Below are positions 58,210 to 64,000 of a stretch of DNA of 64,000 nt, piece after piece. A program made the position numbers and the translations under genes. Source of the stretch: Lysobacterales bacterium (GTDB lineage: Bacteria; Pseudomonadota; Gammaproteobacteria; Xanthomonadales; SZUA-5); the NCBI GenBank assembly GCA_022844165.1, contig JALHMH010000001.1, forward strand, positions 128,001 to 192,000, in the 5' to 3' direction. How positions within the stretch are numbered: the first letter of the stretch is position 1; each line of letters begins with the position of its first letter. The notes beneath the pieces were generated by a model. It was not told the DNA's origin, did not search any database, and saw nothing but the letters and a program-made list of their open reading frames with translations.

Positions 58210-59931
58210 TCAATGTGCGATGTGCGAGGCCGACCCTGCGCCGCGCGGAATGCGGATCGACTCGACCAGATCCTGCACGTGCTGCGGCGGCGGTGGGGTC
58301 AGGCGCGAGACCACGATCGCCACGGCGAAGTTGATCAGCATGCCAATCGAACCGATGCCCTCTGGCGAGACGCCGAACAGCCAGTTCTCTTTCACATTGG
58401 CTGCCATAGGTGTCATGAAAATGCCCTTGAAGTAGAGGATGTATCCGATGGTGAAGACCATGCCGGCGATCATGCCACTCACGGCACCGTGGGCATTCGT
58501 GCGTTTGTCGAAAATGCCGAGCAGGATGGCCGGGAAGAAGCTGGCCGCCGCAAGGCCGAACGCAAAAGCCACCACTTCGGCGACAAAGCCAGGCGGATAA
58601 ATACCGAGCAGCCCGGCGATGCCGATCGCAACCGCAGCGGCAATGCGCGCAAAGAGCAGTTCCTGTTTCTCGGAAATACTCGGCATCACCACTTTCTTCA
58701 GCAGGTCATGCGAGATGGCGGAGGATATCACCAGCAGCAAGCCTGCTGCCGTCGACAATGCCGCCGCCAGCCCGCCAGCCGCGATCAATGCGATCACCCA
58801 GGCTGGCAGGTTGGCGATTTCCGGATTGGCCAGCACCATGATGTCCCGGTCGATCGTCATCTCGTTGCGGGCATCTCCGGCATAGAACATCCGACCGTCT
58901 CCGTTTTTGTCTTCCCACTTGATCAGCCCGGTTTTCTCCCAGTTCGCGACCCAGGTGGGCGCCTCTTCGTAAAGCGTACCGACGCTGTCCGGACCGTTGA
59001 TGGTGTCGATCATGTTGACGCGCGCAAAGGTAGCAACAGCAGGCGCTGTGGTGTACAAAATGGCGATGAACAGCAATGCCCAACCCGCCGATTTACGTGC
59101 ATCGCGAACTTTGGGCACCGTGAAAAAACGCACGATCACGTGGGGTAGGCCGGCGGTACCCACCATCAGCGCCAGGGTGATGCAAAACACATCGGCCATG
59201 CCTTTGCTGCCGTCCGTATAAGGCGCCAGACCCAGCGCGACATTCAGTCCATCGAGCTTGTCGAGCAGGTAGGTCCCAGAGCCATCGGCAAGCACGCCGC
59301 CCATGCCCGATTGCGGCAGGACATGCCCGGTCAACAGCATCGAAATGAAGATCGCCGGTACCATGTAAGCGAAGATCAGCACGCAATACTGCGCAACTTG
59401 CGTATAGGTGATGCCCTTCATGCCGCCCAGCACGGCGTAGAAAAATACGATGGCCATGCCAATGATGACGCCAGTCGTGATGTCCACTTCGAGGAAGCGA
59501 CTGAAGACAATGCCAACGCCACGCATCTGGCCGGCGACGTACGTGAAGGACACGAACAGGGCGCAGACCACAGCGACCAGGCGCGCGGTATCCGAGAAGT
59601 AGCGGTCGCCGACAAAGTCCGGTACCGTGAACTTGCCGAATTTGCGCAAGTAGGGTGCCAACAGCAGCGCGAGCAGAACGTAGCCGCCGGTCCAGCCGAG
59701 CAAATACACCGAGCCGTCATAGCCCATGAAAGAGATCAGTCCGGCCATCGAAATAAATGAGGCCGCGCTCATCCAGTCCGCCGCTGTAGCCATACCGTTG
59801 GCCACCGGATGCACGCCGCCGCCGGCGACGTAAAAGTCCTTGGTCGATGCCACGCGCGTCCAGAGCGCGATGCCGATGTAGAGGGCAAAACTCGCGCCCA
59901 CAATCAAATAGGTCCAGGCTTGAACAGACAT
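58210..59931 (-). CDS. Sodium:solute symporter (ActP-like acetate permease family)
   Basis: NGMATAADWMSAASF, APYLRKFGKFTVPDF, GTAGLPHV. Confidence 0.92.
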   Translation of the reverse strand: MSVQAWTYLIVGASFALYIGIALWTRVASTKDFYVAGGGVHPVANGMATAADWMSAASFISMAGLISFMGYDGSVYLLGWTGGYVLLALLLAPYLRKFGKFTVPDFVGDRYFSDTARLVAVVCALFVSFTYVAGQMRGVGIVFSRFLEVDITTGVIIGMAIVFFYAVLGGMKGITYTQVAQYCVLIFAYMVPAIFISMLLTGHVLPQSGMGGVLADGSGTYLLDKLDGLNVALGLAPYTDGSKGMADVFCITLALMVGTAGLPHVIVRFFTVPKVRDARKSAGWALLFIAILYTTAPAVATFARVNMIDTINGPDSVGTLYEEAPTWVANWEKTGLIKWEDKNGDGRMFYAGDARNEMTIDRDIMVLANPEIANLPAWVIALIAAGGLAAALSTAAGLLLVISSAISHDLLKKVVMPSISEKQELLFARIAAAVAIGIAGLLGIYPPGFVAEVVAFAFGLAAASFFPAILLGIFDKRTNAHGAVSGMIAGMVFTIGYILYFKGIFMTPMAANVKENWLFGVSPEGIGSIGMLINFAVAIVVSRLTPPPPQHVQDLVESIRIPRGAGSASHIAH

Positions 59932-59934
59932 GGC

Positions 59935-60204
59935 TTACTCCTCATCCACTTCGTACTGGCGTTCGATTCGGTTCATCTTCCAGGCGTAGAAGAAAATGAG
60001 CCCCACAAAAACGTAGATGGCGCCCTGCTGAGCAAAGAAGAAGCCGAGCTTGAAGCCGAAGAACTGGATCTGATTAAGTGCATCGACGAACAGGATGCCG
60101 GCGCCAAAAGACACGGCAAACCAGATCGCCAGCAGTATTGCCATCAGGCGGAGATTGGCTCGCCAGTATTCGGCGGCCTTAGGGTTGAGCGGTTGCTGAG
60201 ACAT
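59935..60204 (-). CDS. DUF4212 small symporter subunit
   Basis: YWRANL, LGFFFAQQG. Confidence 0.9.
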   Translation of the reverse strand: MSQQPLNPKAAEYWRANLRLMAILLAIWFAVSFGAGILFVDALNQIQFFGFKLGFFFAQQGAIYVFVGLIFFYAWKMNRIERQYEVDEE

Positions 60205-60222
60205 GCGTTTGACTCCCGTTGG

Positions 60223-61551
60223 TCAGAAACTGTACTTGGCGTGGAAGTGCAGGCGGCGCAGATCGCCCTCGGCGCCGGATTCGAGTTCGCGCTGCCCGAA
60301 GATCGCTTCGATACCCAGGTCCAGTTTGGGCAACGGCGTCCAGATGGCATTGGCATGCAGGCTGTGGATCCGCCTGCTGATGCCCAAGCCCGTTAGTGCG
60401 GTGTCGTGATCTAAGTCGACGCGAGAGTAAAAGAGGTTGGTGCGGAAACTCGCGCCGAAAACGTGGCGCCACGCCACATAGCCGGACACCAGGCCATTGG
60501 TTTCGATATCCCCATCGGCGTCCAGCGTGCCGTCGCTGTCGAGCGCCAGACCAATGTATCGCCCGATGCCGCGACCACCAGTCAGCATGTAGCGCAAGTC
60601 GTCTTTCGGGCCTAAGTTGTATTTGCCGGAGAAGCTCAAGCCATAGCCGACCTGTTGGCCGTCGACTGTGCCGTCGCCCGTTTCATAACGCAGTTGCCGC
60701 AGCAGGCCGGCAACGCCGAAATGGCCGAAATCGCCTTTGTGCGTGTAGCGCAAACTGGCGTCCGGGAGCCAACCATCGTCGCTGCTGAGTTTGCTGGCGT
60801 TGCCGCGAAACGGGGTGAGGAAGGTCTCCGGGTTTTCCAGCGAAAACGACCACGGACCGCTGGTGTAGCGGAGTTGGGCTTGGCGCACGAATACGGTGCC
60901 CTCGGTTGGGCCGATGAAATCCACCGCATCGGGCAGCGCCGCGACGTCCTGGAAGTTCGACCAGGTTTCACCCGCCAACCAGCCGTTCCAGCTGGCAAAT
61001 GCATGGCGGATCGTTACGCCATAAGTGTTTGTCGCGATTTCGTTGCCCAAGGCGTTGCCGAACAAATCGAATTCCAGGTAGCCGCGCAGCGTATCGCCAC
61101 TCTCGGTTTGTGACGCGACGTTGAACCAGAATCGCGAAAACTGAGCATGCTCGTCCAGATCGGTTCCTTCCGAGTTTCCGCCAACGGGAATGCCGCCCGG
61201 CAGATACAAGAGGCGGCCCACAGAACCATCCGGTATCTCGCCATCGTTCGTGTCGGTCAACATCGCATCGAGCTTGATGAAGCCACCGTAGGTGAACGTG
61301 CTGCCGGGTATTGCCCCGGGTACGATCGTGGTCTCCTGGATCGTATTGGCAGCTTTGGCGGGCGCGGGTTCGCTGGGTTGAGCAGTTTGCTGCGCCGCCA
61401 ATAACTGTTCTACGGCGCGCTCCAACTCAGCGACCCTGGCTTCCAACTGCGCCTCGCGTTCGCTTTGCGCGAGCAACAGCCCCGGTGCGCCGGACAAAAC
61501 CAATGCGCAGCAGATGGCAAGCCTGCGCCGAGTGAGTCGAATCGTCTTCAT
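60223..61551 (-). CDS. dcaP: DcaP family trimeric outer-membrane porin
   Basis: Signal peptide and coiled coil, GGFIKLD, RHAF, GETWSNF, VRQAQLRY, C-terminal Phe. Confidence 0.88.
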   Translation of the reverse strand: MKTIRLTRRRLAICCALVLSGAPGLLLAQSEREAQLEARVAELERAVEQLLAAQQTAQPSEPAPAKAANTIQETTIVPGAIPGSTFTYGGFIKLDAMLTDTNDGEIPDGSVGRLLYLPGGIPVGGNSEGTDLDEHAQFSRFWFNVASQTESGDTLRGYLEFDLFGNALGNEIATNTYGVTIRHAFASWNGWLAGETWSNFQDVAALPDAVDFIGPTEGTVFVRQAQLRYTSGPWSFSLENPETFLTPFRGNASKLSSDDGWLPDASLRYTHKGDFGHFGVAGLLRQLRYETGDGTVDGQQVGYGLSFSGKYNLGPKDDLRYMLTGGRGIGRYIGLALDSDGTLDADGDIETNGLVSGYVAWRHVFGASFRTNLFYSRVDLDHDTALTGLGISRRIHSLHANAIWTPLPKLDLGIEAIFGQRELESGAEGDLRRLHFHAKYSF

Positions 61552-61762
61552 GGGTACCTCCCCGCACCCCGATTGGGCAGAACGATAGTGGCATCGCACG
61601 CTGCGCCGGCACTATTAGCCATTGGTCGAATGCGGCCGCGAACGGCGCCAGAAGCCGCAAGCGAAAACGCAGCGCCTGGCCCTGGTTATGGCAAGATCAC
61701 TGCCCAAACTGCTGGGCGCTATTCGCACGAGGCGAATCCTCGTCAAGTAGGCAACGAACGCC

Positions 61763-64000
61763 ATGTCCTCGCTCGCGATCAACACCTTGCTCGTCGCCGG
61801 GTTGTATTTTCTGGCCTTGTTCGGCTTGGCCCATCTGGGCGATCGCATCGCCGCCACGCGCGGCCTCTCGAGCGCCCATCGCAACTGGATCCTTGGTCTT
61901 GCGCTGGGCGTGTATTGCACGACATGGACCGTCTTCGGAGCCATCGGGACGGCGACCCGCGATGGCTGGAGTTATTTGCCGATTTATCTCGGGCCGCTGT
62001 TGCTGCTGTTGATTGCACCCGCGGCCTGGGAGCGCATGGTGGCTCTGCAGCAGCGGCATCAGCTCGGCACGTTGGCGGACTTTCTCGGTGCGCGATTTGG
62101 CCGCGACCCGTGGCTCGCTGGTCTGGCGGCGCTGCTTTGTTTGCTTGCCGTGGTACCTTACGTGGCGCTGCAATTGCGCGCATTGAACGGTTCGTTTGTC
62201 GTGCTCGGCGTCCCGGCGCCCGAGACCATGACGCTCGTACTGTTGGGCATGTTCGTGGTTTTCACGTTGCTGTTCGGCGTGCGCGATGCGAGCGCCGTGC
62301 AGCGGCGGCCCGGGCTGGTGCTGGTGATCGCCGTGGAGAGTGTGCTTAAACTGGCGATCCTGGTGGCAATCGCCATCTGGGCGGCGTTCGAGCCGAAACC
62401 GGACGTGGCGCTCAGTCTGCCGCTGCCGGACGCAACGACCTTTGCGTTTCAGACGCTGCTGGCGGCGCTGGCTGTGGTGTTGTTGCCACGCATGTTCCAT
62501 ATTGGCGTGATCGAGTGCCAGAAGCCTGCGGATGTCCGTGGCGCACGCTGGATCTTTGCCGGCTATCTGGTCATCGTTTCTGTTGCGGTACTGCCGATCG
62601 CTCAGTTGGCGATGGCGCAGTCAGCGAGCGGCGATTTCCTGCCGATCAGTTTGCCCTTGGCGGGCGGCAATCGGCTGCTGGCGATGTTCGCGTTCGTTGC
62701 CGGCCTGTCGGCAGCGAGTGCGATGGTCATCGTCTCGCTTTTGGCGCTGTCGACTCTGATCAGTAACAGCTTGTCGACACCACTGTTGTTGCGAGCCGGT
62801 TGGACGGTGTCTGCGCCGGTCGTCTTGCTGCACCGTCGATTGGCTGTGGTGCTGGTCGCGCTGGTCAGTTTCGTGTGGTTTCGTGTGGCGACCGGCCAGG
62901 CAACACTGGCACAAATGGGCCTGCTCGCGTTCGCTGCTGTCGCGCAATTGGCGCCGATTCTGTGGGCTGGGCTGAGTGGCGATCGGACCCGTGTGGTTGC
63001 GGCACGTTTGGCTTTGAGCGTGGGTGTGGTCGGATGGTTGTTCGCACTATGGTTGCCCGAGCTGATGACGCCCGGCGAGCGCAGTCAGGCAGAATTGGCG
63101 AGTCGTGCAGTGATGGTACTCGCCGTCAACGCATTCGTACTTCTGGCGGCGCAACTGTGGCCGGCGCCACTGCGCGAACGCAGCGCCGCAAGCGCTTTTC
63201 TAAACGCCGCTGATGTGGCGGAAGGCGCGACCAGGGTTCCGGTCGACGATGTGCGCTTACTGCTCGATCGTATCCTCGGCGAAGCGGCGGCCAATCTAGC
63301 GCTGGGCGAACGTCGCGAAGGATACGCCAGCGCCGGTCAGCTGCAGGCAGCCGAACGTGCACTCAGTGCCGTGCTCGGTAACAGCGCCCGCGAGGTGCTG
63401 ACGCAAACTCTGGGAGGGCATACCGCGGGGGTCAACGCGATGCTTGATGCACTCGATCAGAGCGCGCGCCGTGTTCGCAGCAGCGAATCTCTGCTCAAGG
63501 CGACTTTCGAGCATATGCACCAGGCAGTCAGCGTCGTCGATGCGCATCTCAACCTGGTCGCCTGGAATGCGCCTTACGAAAAGCTGTTCGCCTGGCCGCC
63601 CGGCCTGCTCGATGTCGGACGACCCATCGCGGACTTGTTGGCCGTCGCCGCAGCGCAGTCGGGACTGAGTCATGCAACCGCGACTGAGCGTACTGCGCGT
63701 CGGCTTGAGTTGTTGCGACAGGCAACGCCCTATCGCAGCTTAAGGCACCTTCCCGATGGCCGTTGGCTCGACGTGCGCGGCGAGCCTTTGCCGGGGGGCG
63801 GCTTTGTGACCACGTTTTCCGATGTCACTGAATCAGTACAACAAAAGCACGCGCTGGAAGAGGCCAATGCACTGCTTGAGCGGCGTGTGGCCGAGCGCAC
63901 CCGGCAGTTGGCGATCGCCTACGAGGAGAAGAACCGCTTTATTGCAGCGGCGAGCCATGATTTGTTGCAACCGCTGTCGGCGGCGCGTTTGTATTTGTCG
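61763..64000 (+). CDS. CrbS/MxtR-like SLC5-PAS hybrid histidine kinase, 3'-truncated (missing from the ORF track)
   Basis: LALGVYCTTWT.FG, YLPIYLGP, LLPRMFH, PAS region (QAVSVVD...AWN), H-box RFIAAASHDLLQPL at the window end. Confidence 0.9.
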   Translation, partial: MSSLAINTLLVAGLYFLALFGLAHLGDRIAATRGLSSAHRNWILGLALGVYCTTWTVFGAIGTATRDGWSYLPIYLGPLLLLLIAPAAWERMVALQQRHQLGTLADFLGARFGRDPWLAGLAALLCLLAVVPYVALQLRALNGSFVVLGVPAPETMTLVLLGMFVVFTLLFGVRDASAVQRRPGLVLVIAVESVLKLAILVAIAIWAAFEPKPDVALSLPLPDATTFAFQTLLAALAVVLLPRMFHIGVIECQKPADVRGARWIFAGYLVIVSVAVLPIAQLAMAQSASGDFLPISLPLAGGNRLLAMFAFVAGLSAASAMVIVSLLALSTLISNSLSTPLLLRAGWTVSAPVVLLHRRLAVVLVALVSFVWFRVATGQATLAQMGLLAFAAVAQLAPILWAGLSGDRTRVVAARLALSVGVVGWLFALWLPELMTPGERSQAELASRAVMVLAVNAFVLLAAQLWPAPLRERSAASAFLNAADVAEGATRVPVDDVRLLLDRILGEAAANLALGERREGYASAGQLQAAERALSAVLGNSAREVLTQTLGGHTAGVNAMLDALDQSARRVRSSESLLKATFEHMHQAVSVVDAHLNLVAWNAPYEKLFAWPPGLLDVGRPIADLLAVAAAQSGLSHATATERTARRLELLRQATPYRSLRHLPDGRWLDVRGEPLPGGGFVTTFSDVTESVQQKHALEEANALLERRVAERTRQLAIAYEEKNRFIAAASHDLLQPLSAARLYLS

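Overview
GC-rich bacterial chromosomal window. Gene content and synteny (thiG-trmB, TetR/hydrolase/fadE, dcaP-actP-CrbS-like, grxD, greA, prc) suggest a Xanthomonadales-like gammaproteobacterium; this is an inference. It holds about 60 CDS and one tRNA-Thr(TGT). I found no CRISPR array, rRNA, integrase or transposase. Most genes are housekeeping or metabolic. The strongest candidate for an undescribed system is a minus-strand cassette upstream of thiG (14410-19149). It encodes a winged-helix/STAND-NTPase/TM/TPR sensor-regulator, a DP-EP-like protein with the DPQVGND motif, and a stand-alone protein resembling domain 4 of cholesterol-dependent cytolysins. Other observations: an orphan Pycsar-type membrane effector coupled to an alpha/beta hydrolase that lacks its catalytic Ser; a lipoxygenase; an SGNH/hypothetical/extended-Lnt operon; two unannotated families of dispersed intergenic repeats; and simple-repeat frameshifts (G9 in a serine hydrolase, a CT repeat in a VOC gene). 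All calls come from manual motif recognition; no database searches were run.
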